The notes below the pieces were generated by a model. The model saw nothing but the letters and a program-made list of their open reading frames with translations. It was not told the origin of the DNA and ran no database searches. A stretch of DNA of 24,621 bases. Source: a virus (taxonomy: Duplodnaviria > Caudoviricetes). The position numbers and the translations under genes are program-made. This document shows positions 15,839-24,184 of this stretch, one piece after another; position 1 is the stretch's first letter; each line of letters starts with the position of its first letter. The stretch is from the IMG/VR virus record IMGVR_UViG_3300037484_000944, positions 1 to 24,621 of that record; one strand, written 5' to 3'.

Positions 15839-17349
15839 CCTCGATCTCCGACGTCCTCGAGGGCAGTGAGCGTTGGTGCGTGGTGCACTCGGAGGCGCTG
15901 GCTGCTCTGCGGGAGATGCCGGACTGCTCGGTTGACTCGGTTGTGACGGATCCTCCGGCTGGAATTTCGTTCATGGGGTCTGATTGGGACAAGGACAAGG
16001 GCGGCGCCGAGCAGTGGGTCGCGTGGCTCACCGAGGTGATGGGCGAGGTGTTTCGCGTTCTCAAACCCGGTGGCCATGCGTTCGTGTGGGCTTTGCCTAG
16101 AACGTCGCACTGGACTGGCACCGCGCTTGAGCGTGCTGGATTCGAGATCCGTGAAGTCGTCACACAGTTGTTCGGCAGCGGCATGCCAAAAAGTCTCAAC
16201 GTTTCCAAGGGGATTGACCAGAAGAACGGCACAACTGACCAGCGCGTTGTCTTGCACACGTACACGGCCGGCGGGAACGCGGGCACTCCGACTGCAGAGA
16301 AGGGCGGGACGTACTCGGTTGGATGTGAGAACTCTGCGCCGATCGAACTCACGGTCACGTCCGGCGGGTGCGAAGAGGCGAAGCGTTGGGATGGGTTTGG
16401 AACGGGGCTGAAACCGAGCGCTGAATTTTGGTGGCTCGCACGCAAGCCGTTCAAGGGAACGTTGGTCGACAACGTTCTAGCCCACGGCTGTGGCTGCCTC
16501 AACGTTGACGCCTGCCGCGTGTCTACCGATTGGACCGAGCGTCCCCCGTCGTGGCACGCAAGCGGTCACAGCGCCAAGCCAGAGGCCGACAAGATAGCAG
16601 CCCCGCCTGGAATCGGAATCCAGTGCCATCCTGCGGGGAGGTGGCCAGCTAATCTAGTTCTGGTCCACGCTGAGGGGTGCGGAGAACGGTGCATGGTGGG
16701 GTGTCCGGTTCGAGTGCTCGGCACACAGAGTGGGGAATCTTTGTCTAGCGGTGGGAAGCCAGCAAAAGTTGAGAGTAGAGATGCTTTCATGTGGGGTAAT
16801 TCTCCTGGTCCAACCACTGGCGGTCTGGGAGACACTGGTACAGCGTCCAGATATTTCCCTCAGTTCCGCCCCCACCCGCTCGACGACGTCACTCCGTTTT
16901 TGTACCAGGCCAAGCCGTCACGCCGCGAGCGTGAGATTGGTTGCGAGCACCTGCCGAAGGTGAGCCGCGGAAAGGCCACGAAGCGGAAGGATGGATCTGC
17001 TGCACTGGCCTGCCCGCGATCCGGAGCGGGGCGAAGCGGTGGCGCTCGCAACGTCCACACGACGGTCAAGAGCGTCGAGTTTATGAGATGGCTGGTGAGA
17101 CTTGTGACACCCCCGGGTGGCCTCTGCCTCGACCCATTCTGCGGAAGCGGAACGACGGGCGTTGCCTGCATTCTCGAGGGCTTCCGCTTCATCGGGCTCG
17201 AGATGAACGACAACACGGACGTGGAGTCCGACGACTACGCGCCGTACGTCACGATCGCCAGGGCTCGCATCTCGCACGCCGCGTCGTGGAAGCCGCCTGT
17301 CGTGACGGACAAGGCGCGAGAGCCGAAGCAAAGGAGTCTGTTCGGATGA
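15835..17349 (+). CDS. DNA amino-methyltransferase (N6A/N4C, beta-class order)
   Basis: SVDSVVTDPPA motif IV variant, RVLKPGG, HTTVKS, LDPFCGSGTTG motif I. Confidence 0.92.
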   Translation: MTSISDVLEGSERWCVVHSEALAALREMPDCSVDSVVTDPPAGISFMGSDWDKDKGGAEQWVAWLTEVMGEVFRVLKPGGHAFVWALPRTSHWTGTALERAGFEIREVVTQLFGSGMPKSLNVSKGIDQKNGTTDQRVVLHTYTAGGNAGTPTAEKGGTYSVGCENSAPIELTVTSGGCEEAKRWDGFGTGLKPSAEFWWLARKPFKGTLVDNVLAHGCGCLNVDACRVSTDWTERPPSWHASGHSAKPEADKIAAPPGIGIQCHPAGRWPANLVLVHAEGCGERCMVGCPVRVLGTQSGESLSSGGKPAKVESRDAFMWGNSPGPTTGGLGDTGTASRYFPQFRPHPLDDVTPFLYQAKPSRREREIGCEHLPKVSRGKATKRKDGSAALACPRSGAGRSGGARNVHTTVKSVEFMRWLVRLVTPPGGLCLDPFCGSGTTGVACILEGFRFIGLEMNDNTDVESDDYAPYVTIARARISHAASWKPPVVTDKAREPKQRSLFG

Positions 17350-17386
17350 CCACGGCCAGCCCATACTCGGAATTCGGGGTGATCGG

Positions 17387-17824
17387 ATGACCAACTTCGA
17401 CTCATGCGACTTCTACTCCTGCGACCCAGACGCCGAGCAGCTAGACTTTTCTGATCCAGAAGAGGCACTCGATGCGATCGTTGAGTCGCCGGTCTCGGAA
17501 TGGATCTCCGAGAACTCACCCGTCACGGTCCACGGGTGGCGGAGACGACCGCTCGCGCAAGCCGATATCGACCACGTGTTCGAGCGGTTACTCAGCGCCG
17601 CGGTCGAGGAACTCGACGAAGAGTGCGGCGACCCCGAAGGAGACCACGAGCCGCTATCTCCCGACGACTTCGAGCGCGTCCTGACCGAGATGGGCTCAGC
17701 GAAGCTGATTCTGGCTGATTTGTGGTCCTCTTGGGCGTGTGACCAGGTCGCGAAACGCGAATACTCCGCGGAGGAGCTGCGGGAGGTGTTTGCTGATGAG
17801 ATTGCAGAGGAGTCCGGACAGTGA
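17387..17824 (+). CDS. Acidic hypothetical protein
   Basis: 145 aa, coupled to the next gene. Confidence 0.75.
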   Translation: MTNFDSCDFYSCDPDAEQLDFSDPEEALDAIVESPVSEWISENSPVTVHGWRRRPLAQADIDHVFERLLSAAVEELDEECGDPEGDHEPLSPDDFERVLTEMGSAKLILADLWSSWACDQVAKREYSAEELREVFADEIAEESGQ

Positions 17825-18165
17825 CCCCCGAATACCGCAAGCGCTTCGTTCGCGAGGACACCGACCACTACGGCACATGGTGTCCTGTCTCGCATCACCC
17901 TTACAGTCCACGGTCCCCGCGCTTCTGCGACCCATGGACGGACAATCTCAGTACTCCGCTCTGGGTAAGGATCGAGGGCTGCAAGCACGCCGCGGTGCTG
18001 TCGCTGCTCAAAGGTCCAGTTCCGGCAGACAGGGCTCGGGCAATCCGTCTCGAGGCGATCCGGATCGCTGGAGCGACCGGCAACCGTCGAGCCTACTCGT
18101 CATGGTCGGAGAGAGACCAGGTTGATCGGAGCCTGGCAAAGTGGATGAGGAGGCACGGGCTGTGA
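17821..18165 (+). CDS. Hypothetical protein
   Basis: GAGGAG RBS, GTGA overlaps. Confidence 0.65.
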   Translation: MTPEYRKRFVREDTDHYGTWCPVSHHPYSPRSPRFCDPWTDNLSTPLWVRIEGCKHAAVLSLLKGPVPADRARAIRLEAIRIAGATGNRRAYSSWSERDQVDRSLAKWMRRHGL

Positions 18166-18650
18166 CCGCCCTCGGCGTTGACCCGGGTCTGCGGTGCACC
18201 GGCTGGTCCCTGCTCGATAGGCGCGAGGTGCTGGACAGCGGCTCTATCCGGATACCGAATGGCTTCCGTGGGGACACAGTATTCGAGATGACGGCGCGGT
18301 TCGCAGACGTCTTGCTGCGCCTCGTTCGGCCATGGCCCACGCTCGCCGTCGTCGAGCGGTACGTCGACCAGGGTCCGGAGCGCCGCGGGAACCCGGCTGG
18401 ATTTCTGGTAGCGGAGCTCGCCGGAGCCCTGGCTGATGAGTGCCGTCACGCCGGAATCGAACCCGTCATGGTCACCCGCAACGAGGCACTGCGCGCTGTC
18501 GTGATGGGTCGCCGGGGACGGGGCGCGCCCAGCGAGAAAGACGCAAACAAGGCGCTGGAGCTACTAGGAATACACCTTCCAAACCAGCACACCCGCGATG
18601 CGGCGATGGCGGCTATCTGCGGAAGCAAAACGAAAGGACGCCTCTGGTGA
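18162..18650 (+). CDS. ruvC: RuvC-like Holliday junction resolvase
   Basis: LGVDPGLRCTGW, VVE, HTRDAA acidic catalytic pattern. Confidence 0.88.
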   Translation: MTALGVDPGLRCTGWSLLDRREVLDSGSIRIPNGFRGDTVFEMTARFADVLLRLVRPWPTLAVVERYVDQGPERRGNPAGFLVAELAGALADECRHAGIEPVMVTRNEALRAVVMGRRGRGAPSEKDANKALELLGIHLPNQHTRDAAMAAICGSKTKGRLW

Positions 18651-18991
18651 TCAACCTGAACGACCTCGCTCAACAGCTGCACGAACAGGCGAAACGCTCT
18701 GGCTTCTACGACCGCGGCATCGACTACCCAGATCGGATCGCGTGCATGCATGAGGAGCTGAGCGAGTTGTTCCACGCCTATCGCAAGGGAACGCTGACCG
18801 ACCTCTGCGACAAGCGCGGCTGTCCAATGACGAACGAGGCCGAGGAGCTCGCTGACCTGGTCATCAGGGCACTGGACCTCGCGGCTGCGCGTGGCGTCGA
18901 CATCGACCGAGCTGTGATGCTCAAGGCCGAGTACAACGCAACCAGGCCTCGACTGCACGGTGATGCTCAGGCTCCAGGAGAACGTGCATGA
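18647..18991 (+). CDS. MazG-like nucleotide pyrophosphohydrolase
   Basis: MHEELSE...EELADLVIRALD...KAEYNATRPRLHG. Confidence 0.88.
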   Translation: MINLNDLAQQLHEQAKRSGFYDRGIDYPDRIACMHEELSELFHAYRKGTLTDLCDKRGCPMTNEAEELADLVIRALDLAAARGVDIDRAVMLKAEYNATRPRLHGDAQAPGERA

Positions 18992-19173
18992 TGAGCCATG
19001 ACCCGCTCGAGATCATGCACGTACTGGCCGCCATAGGCGTCCTGACGCGCTCCGGACTCGGGGAGGCTCTGCTCTTCGCGTCTGCTGACGGGCGCCTCTG
19101 GGGCGCAGTGGTGGGCCCACAAGAGCAGGACCTTGGGGTTCGGCTGCTGCTGAGTCAGAGGGAGACGCCATGA
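18988..19173 (+). CDS. Hypothetical protein
   Basis: 61 aa, ATGA overlaps. Confidence 0.6.
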   Translation: MMSHDPLEIMHVLAAIGVLTRSGLGEALLFASADGRLWGAVVGPQEQDLGVRLLLSQRETP

Positions 19174-19355
19174 TTATAATTCAGATTTGGTCGCTCGGAG
19201 CAGTGTTTCACTTGATCCTGGCCGTATCTACCGTGCTGCTGAGCGAGCATCACGGAGGCTGGCATTTCACAGGAAGCGATGCGCTGAGGAGTATGAGAGG
19301 GGTCTCAGGGATGGCCGGCTGTGTCCCACCCAAGACTCAAACCAGGGGCGGGTGA
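19170..19355 (+). CDS. Small hydrophobic hypothetical protein
   Basis: 61 aa, hydrophobic N-terminus. Confidence 0.45.
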   Translation: MIIIQIWSLGAVFHLILAVSTVLLSEHHGGWHFTGSDALRSMRGVSGMAGCVPPKTQTRGG

Positions 19356-19359
19356 TTCC

Positions 19360-20346
19360 ATGAGGAAGTACGCCCAGATCCGACCGACTTTCTGGACACG
19401 CGGGAGCGGGAAGCTGCTACGCGGCAACCGAGATGCTCAGGTATTGGCGCTCTACCTCATGACGGCCCCGTCCTCGAGCAGAACCGGGCTCTACTACGCA
19501 CCCATGGTAGGGATACTGCACGACACCGGACTCTCCGAGGGTGCGTTCATGGGAGCACTCTCTGCCATCGCTGAGATTGCTCAGTACGACTTCAGTGAGG
19601 AGCTGGTCTGGCTTCCCAACGGGTGTCGCGAGCAGATGGGACTCGGTGATGGTGAGAGGATCCGGCCAAACGACAAAGCTCTCAAGTCGGTCCTCACTGA
19701 GCTTGAGGCCTTCGGATCACATCCGTTCGTGCTGGAATTCAGGACTCGTTACCTTCCTGGTTATGAAGCCCCTTCGAAGGGGGATGTTGTGGTCCACGGA
19801 AGGGGCATCCGTGACCATGGTATGCCCCCGGTTCCTGTTCCTGTTCCTGTTCCTGTTCCTCCGGATCCGGAAGGGGAGTGTGAGGGGAAACCAGGACCAG
19901 ACGGCCGGTCCAATTCTCTGATCGTGTGTCCAGGTCCGAACCTGGCTCTGGGCCAGTCGCAGATCGCGACCCTCGAGACGAACATGATGATCCCCAGGTG
20001 GGCGATCGACGTGATGCTCACCGAATGGTGTCTGGCACGCCAGGCGCGGGGAGACCTCCAGACCCTGAGAGCGTGGCGCACGTACGCCGGTAAGGACCTG
20101 CGGGAGCGGTGGAACAATCCGGCAATGCGCCCAAAGCGCCCAGAGACCCCCGAGGCCATCGCGGCACGCAAGGCAGCCCTCGAGGAGCGAGAGCGCCGGT
20201 GGATGGCCCGGGCACAAGCGGAGGGAGACGCCGAGCTCCGAGCGTGGGCGGTGGCACACCCAGACTCGACGCCTGCGGACAAGGCGCCCCCGAGCAAAGC
20301 GGAATTTCAACGGCGCCTGAGCGCGATAGGCGGACATGACGACTGA
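19360..20346 (+). CDS. Phage replication initiator-like protein
   Basis: MRKYAQIRPTFWT...LALYLMTAP...GLYY N-terminus, low-complexity linker, directly upstream of DnaB. Confidence 0.8.
   Translation: MRKYAQIRPTFWTRGSGKLLRGNRDAQVLALYLMTAPSSSRTGLYYAPMVGILHDTGLSEGAFMGALSAIAEIAQYDFSEELVWLPNGCREQMGLGDGERIRPNDKALKSVLTELEAFGSHPFVLEFRTRYLPGYEAPSKGDVVVHGRGIRDHGMPPVPVPVPVPVPPDPEGECEGKPGPDGRSNSLIVCPGPNLALGQSQIATLETNMMIPRWAIDVMLTEWCLARQARGDLQTLRAWRTYAGKDLRERWNNPAMRPKRPETPEAIAARKAALEERERRWMARAQAEGDAELRAWAVAHPDSTPADKAPPSKAEFQRRLSAIGGHDD
19831..19860 (+). repeat. (GTTCCT)5 microsatellite encoding VPVPVPVPVP
   Basis: Five exact 6-nt units. Confidence 0.95.
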
Positions 20347-21754
20347 CGCCATTCCCGGAACCGTCATCGAGTCCGAACACGCCGTCGCGTCAGCCGTGCT
20401 GACCAACCCATCCGTGCTGGACGTCGTGCGGGATCTGCTTGAGCCATTTGATTGCTTCGATCTTCTGACCCGACGTGTCCTTGAGTCCGCGTACAGGATT
20501 GACGACTCCGGCGAAGCCGTCGACCCGGTGTCGGTGATGACGGACCTTCAGGGCCGAGGTCACCTGTCATCGATGGGTGGGTCTCCCGCGATTGCCGAGC
20601 TGACCGACGGCTACCCGTACGTAACGGACGTTGCGAGCCACTGCCGAGCTGTGGCGGACAAGGCTCGTCTGCGGCGCATCGTGGATGCTGCCCGGATCAT
20701 CACCGGCGAGGGGGCTGGTCAGATAGACGACGTCGAAGCGTGGGCGCAGCGGTCCGAGCAACGGCTCTTCGACGCCTCTGCCGACCGATGTCGGAACTCC
20801 AGTGCGACCGAGACGCTCGCGCAACTCCTGCCGCGTGTCGCGCAAGACATGCAGGATCGGTGCGACGGCGGCGAGGCGTATCACGACGCTCACTACGTGC
20901 CGGTGCCGTGGCGAGCCGTGAAGCAAATCTTTCCAGCCGGACTCATGAGACCGAAGTTTCACGTTGTAGCCGGAAGACCCGGCATGGGGAAATCGGTGTT
21001 CTGCTCAGAACTCATGCGACAGGTGTGCGGCCCGCAGTGCGGGGGTCTGCTGTTCTCGCTCGAGATGACCAAGCTTGAATTGACTCAGCGCATGCTAGCA
21101 GCAGAAAGCAAGCGCCCGCTCGAGACTATTATGACTGGAGAGCCGGACTCAGATGACTGGCGGCTCATCACGACAGCGACCGAGAGGCTATCGATGTTAC
21201 CGATCGCGATCCGATACCGACCAGGCGCGACGGTCGCCACCATTCGGTCAACGATCCGCCGGGAAGCGGCTCGAATGCGACGCGAACAAGGCGTTGACCT
21301 TTCGCTCGTGGTGGTCGACTACCTGCAGCTCGTGAACCACGCTCGACAGCGGGGAGATACGCAGGAGACGGCAGTCGCGAATACGAGCAAGGCCCTGATG
21401 ACGATGGCGGGAGAGTTCGACGTTGCACTCGTCGGCGTGTCGCAGCTGAATCGCTCGCTCGAGGGACGCCCAAACAAGCACCCGGTGTTGAGTGATCTCC
21501 GCGAGTCGGGCGCCATCGAACAAGACGCCTACTCGGTTAACTTCCTTTACCGCGACGAGTACTACCGAGAGGACTCTCCGGACAAGGGGATCTGCGAGGT
21601 CATCACGGCCAAGCACCGCAACGGCCGAACTGGAACCGCGCGGCTGAAGTTCACGGGACAGTGGGGGCGCTTCGACAACATTGGAGGAGACGACGGCGAC
21701 TTCACCGACCTCGACGCCCCGACGAACTACCAGGACGTGGATGGCCCGTACTGA
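20336..21754 (+). CDS. dnaB: Replicative DNA helicase, DnaB family
   Basis: AGRPGMGKS, FSLEM, VVVDYLQL, SQLNR, SDLRESGAIEQDA, AKHRNG. Confidence 0.97.
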   Translation: MTTDAIPGTVIESEHAVASAVLTNPSVLDVVRDLLEPFDCFDLLTRRVLESAYRIDDSGEAVDPVSVMTDLQGRGHLSSMGGSPAIAELTDGYPYVTDVASHCRAVADKARLRRIVDAARIITGEGAGQIDDVEAWAQRSEQRLFDASADRCRNSSATETLAQLLPRVAQDMQDRCDGGEAYHDAHYVPVPWRAVKQIFPAGLMRPKFHVVAGRPGMGKSVFCSELMRQVCGPQCGGLLFSLEMTKLELTQRMLAAESKRPLETIMTGEPDSDDWRLITTATERLSMLPIAIRYRPGATVATIRSTIRREAARMRREQGVDLSLVVVDYLQLVNHARQRGDTQETAVANTSKALMTMAGEFDVALVGVSQLNRSLEGRPNKHPVLSDLRESGAIEQDAYSVNFLYRDEYYREDSPDKGICEVITAKHRNGRTGTARLKFTGQWGRFDNIGGDDGDFTDLDAPTNYQDVDGPY

Positions 21755-21779
21755 TCAACCAAACCAAGGAGAAAACATC

Positions 21780-22259
21780 ATGAAAGACATCATCGTACCA
21801 AGGAGTAGGAACATGAAGATCCAATTCGTAGACAAGGTAAGCAGCTGGGCAGAGGCACTCACGACGGCGCTGGAGAAGTGCTCCGGCTACTTCGGAGACG
21901 ACTCAACCGATTGGCATGATGCCTCCGAGGAACTACAGGAGCTTGCCGAGACAGGAGAGCTGCTGCGCGTGGTCGATTCAGATGACGGTCACGACGCACT
22001 GGTCGTGACTGTGGGCCCTACGTTCTTGGCACGGCAGGTGCTGCGTGGCCTCCAGGGTCAGATCGCCAATCAGGCATGCGAGAAGCTATTCCACGTGGAC
22101 GGCGCTAGGTTGAAGTCGGGCGGGCCGAAGATGAAGCTGGTTCACACCGATAAAGGGCGGGCGTACTGCAAATGGACGACCGACACTGGTGATGAGCGGC
22201 GGGAGTGGTTCGATGCTGAAGAGCTCGAGCCGTGGAAGGAAGACGCAAGTGTCAGCTGA
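21780..22259 (+). CDS. Hypothetical protein with C-terminal DUF2158/YodC-like domain
   Basis: AAGGAG RBS; RLKSGGPKM...CKW...F..EELE. Confidence 0.7.
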   Translation: MKDIIVPRSRNMKIQFVDKVSSWAEALTTALEKCSGYFGDDSTDWHDASEELQELAETGELLRVVDSDDGHDALVVTVGPTFLARQVLRGLQGQIANQACEKLFHVDGARLKSGGPKMKLVHTDKGRAYCKWTTDTGDERREWFDAEELEPWKEDASVS

Positions 22260-22755
22260 ACAACGAGCAGGAATCAACCTGCACGAACTGGCGACACGCC
22301 TCAAGAACGCTGTCACGACAGGCGCAACGGCTCCGCTCGTCGTTGCGGGAGACGTCGCTCGGCTTGCCGAGAACTGGGAGGACTACCGACTGGAGGCCGG
22401 AAAGGTCGAGTGCACGACCTGGCTCCAGGCTATCTGCGGAGGAGGCCGAAACCTGGACTGGTGGCTCAAGCGGCACGAGGCTGTCGAGAAGCTGGGCGAG
22501 GCATCGCGGCGTGTTGTCGACCACCAGGTAGCCGTGTGGATCACGAGGCTCAAAGCCGCTCCTGACCTACAGCGCGTCATGTTCGTTCTGCGGCGCGAGC
22601 AAAAAAAGAACCACGGGATTCCGCTCACGAAAGAGATGGCGGTCCGAGCTCTGCGAGCCGAGGAGCTTATCGAGCGCGCGAAGCACGAGACGTGCGGGAG
22701 GTGCAGAATTCTCGAGAGGGTCATCCGGGAACTCGGAGGCGAGGTTCCGGAGTGA
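22249..22755 (+). CDS. Hypothetical protein directly upstream of the array
   Basis: GTG start after GGAAGGA; 168 aa; C-terminal CGRC. Confidence 0.75.
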   Translation: MSAEQRAGINLHELATRLKNAVTTGATAPLVVAGDVARLAENWEDYRLEAGKVECTTWLQAICGGGRNLDWWLKRHEAVEKLGEASRRVVDHQVAVWITRLKAAPDLQRVMFVLRREQKKNHGIPLTKEMAVRALRAEELIERAKHETCGRCRILERVIRELGGEVPE

Positions 22756-22926
22756 ATGATCAGCAACGAAGCGATGGTCTTGCAACGAGCGAGTGCATGT
22801 CAACGAAGCGAGGCGCCACCAACGAGCGACCAATGCGCAACGAAGCGACGACCGGCCAACGGAAAAGCGCCCCCGGTTTCACCGAGTGACCAAAAGCCAA
22901 CGAAGAGAGAGCGTCCCAACGAACGA
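22756..22926 (+). repeat. Dual-repeat TIGR-like array (upstream)
   Basis: CAACGAAGCGA at 22764/22801/22838 alternating with CAACGAGCGA at 22783/22820, unique 8-nt gaps, 37-nt period; degenerate copies at 22857, 22880, 22898, 22917. Confidence 0.88.
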
Positions 22927-22945
22927 ACGAAACGAGGCAACCCCA

Positions 22946-23878
22946 ATGACTGAACCAACGAAGCAACTGAAAGCCATCGAGCGAAAACTGAAACGCAAGC
23001 AGCCCTTGGCTCCGCCTTCGGAAGATCCGAGGACGGAGCTCAAGCGGCTCGTCAGGACGCATAGTGCTCTGACGAAGGCCAGCGTGGCCCTGCACCACAT
23101 GGCAAGCGACCGAACCAACCTGGAGACCGGAGAGATCATCCCGTGCCTGCTGCCAGCAGATGATCAAGCCGACATGCTCGAGGCGTCGAAGCGTCGAAGC
23201 AAGTCGGCTGCGACGCTGGAGGGGGTCCACTGTGCCGATGGAAAGCCAGGCATGCTGCACGAACTCAGGAAGCTGGACGTCTACAACCTGTTCCTGAAGC
23301 AGGCCTTCGGCTTTGGCCCCGTGGTGTGCGCGTATCTTTGCGCCATGGTCGATATCCACCGGGCCGAGAAACCAAGCCAGCTGATCCGGTACTGTGGGTA
23401 TGCCTGCATCGACGGCAAGGCTGAGCGGAGACAGGAAGGATTCGCCCCACGGACCGGAGCGACGGGCAATCCAGAGGCGCGGGGGACGTACAACGCGGCG
23501 CTGAAGACCCGCATCTGGCAGGCCATGGGATCACTCTGGAAGAACGCAGCCAAGTCAGGGTGTACGACCAAGTACCTCACGCGGTGGCAACAGGTGAAAG
23601 CGCGCAAGCTGCTCCAGGGTCAGACGAAGGGCAAGGCGCATGACGCCGGACGTCGAGCAGCCACGGACCTGTTCATCTACGATCTGTACCTGGTCTGGAG
23701 AGCCATTGAGGGCTTGCCGTCATGGGTGACGTGGTACGACTGGACCAGGGGATACGAACACGGGCGTGGTCCACTGCCGCGCGAGAACGCGCCCCGTATG
23801 CTGACCGTCGAGGAAGCGCTTGAGTTGGTTGGCAATGTCGGGGCGAAGGAATCAACTGCCGCGATAGCGGCGGAGTGA
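22946..23878 (+). CDS. tasA: TasA-like Nop/IS110-related RNA-binding protein without a nuclease domain
   Basis: Coiled coil ELKRLVRTHSALTK; GFGPVVCAYLCAMVDIHRAEKPSQLIRYCG; YNAALKTRIW; KGKAHDAGRR...FIYDLYLVWR. No DEDD/HNH domain. Flanked by dual-repeat arrays. Confidence 0.8.
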   Translation: MTEPTKQLKAIERKLKRKQPLAPPSEDPRTELKRLVRTHSALTKASVALHHMASDRTNLETGEIIPCLLPADDQADMLEASKRRSKSAATLEGVHCADGKPGMLHELRKLDVYNLFLKQAFGFGPVVCAYLCAMVDIHRAEKPSQLIRYCGYACIDGKAERRQEGFAPRTGATGNPEARGTYNAALKTRIWQAMGSLWKNAAKSGCTTKYLTRWQQVKARKLLQGQTKGKAHDAGRRAATDLFIYDLYLVWRAIEGLPSWVTWYDWTRGYEHGRGPLPRENAPRMLTVEEALELVGNVGAKESTAAIAAE

Positions 23879-23880
23879 TA

Positions 23881-24106
23881 GCGAAAGTCGAGCAGCGAAG
23901 CGAACCTTGCGCAACGAGCGAAAGACGATCAACGAAGTGATGCTGTGACAACGAGCGAGCGCCCCGCAACGAAGCAATTGATCGGGAACGAGCGAAGCCA
24001 CTTCAACGAAGTGACCGAAGCGCATCGAGCGAATGGCGCTAAACGAAGAGAGAACGACACATCGAGCGATCGCGTAACAACGAAGCGACTACCCTAGAAC
24101 GTGAAA
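23881..24106 (+). repeat. Dual-repeat TIGR-like array (downstream)
   Basis: 11-nt repeats at 23893, 23930, 23967, 24004, 24041, 24078 and 10-nt repeats at 23912, 23949, 23986, 24023, 24060; strict 37-nt period; 12 unique spacers. Confidence 0.92.
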
Positions 24107-24107
24107 A

Positions 24108-24146
24108 CCCCCGGCTGGACTGCACATCCGACCGGGGGGAATTTCT
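24108..24146 (+). terminator. Hairpin closing the array; possible terminator or 3' stabilising stem
   Basis: CCCCCGG (24108-24114) pairs with CCGGGGG (24132-24138), followed by AATTTCT. Confidence 0.5.
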
Positions 24147-24184
24147 GACCTGACCTAAAGGGACCCTCGAAAGGTACCCCCAAA

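Noticed and set aside
18162-18650. RuvC as the nuclease partner of the Tas-like protein
   Set aside because: It lies 4 kb away in a normal phage resolvase position, and nothing in the sequence links them
22793-23878. Active IS110 insertion sequence, and the longer 361-aa start
   Set aside because: No DEDD domain or serine loop; the extra 51 N-terminal codons simply translate the array
22756-24106. CRISPR array
   Set aside because: Repeats (10-11 nt) and spacers (8-9 nt) are far too short, two repeats alternate, and there is no cas operon
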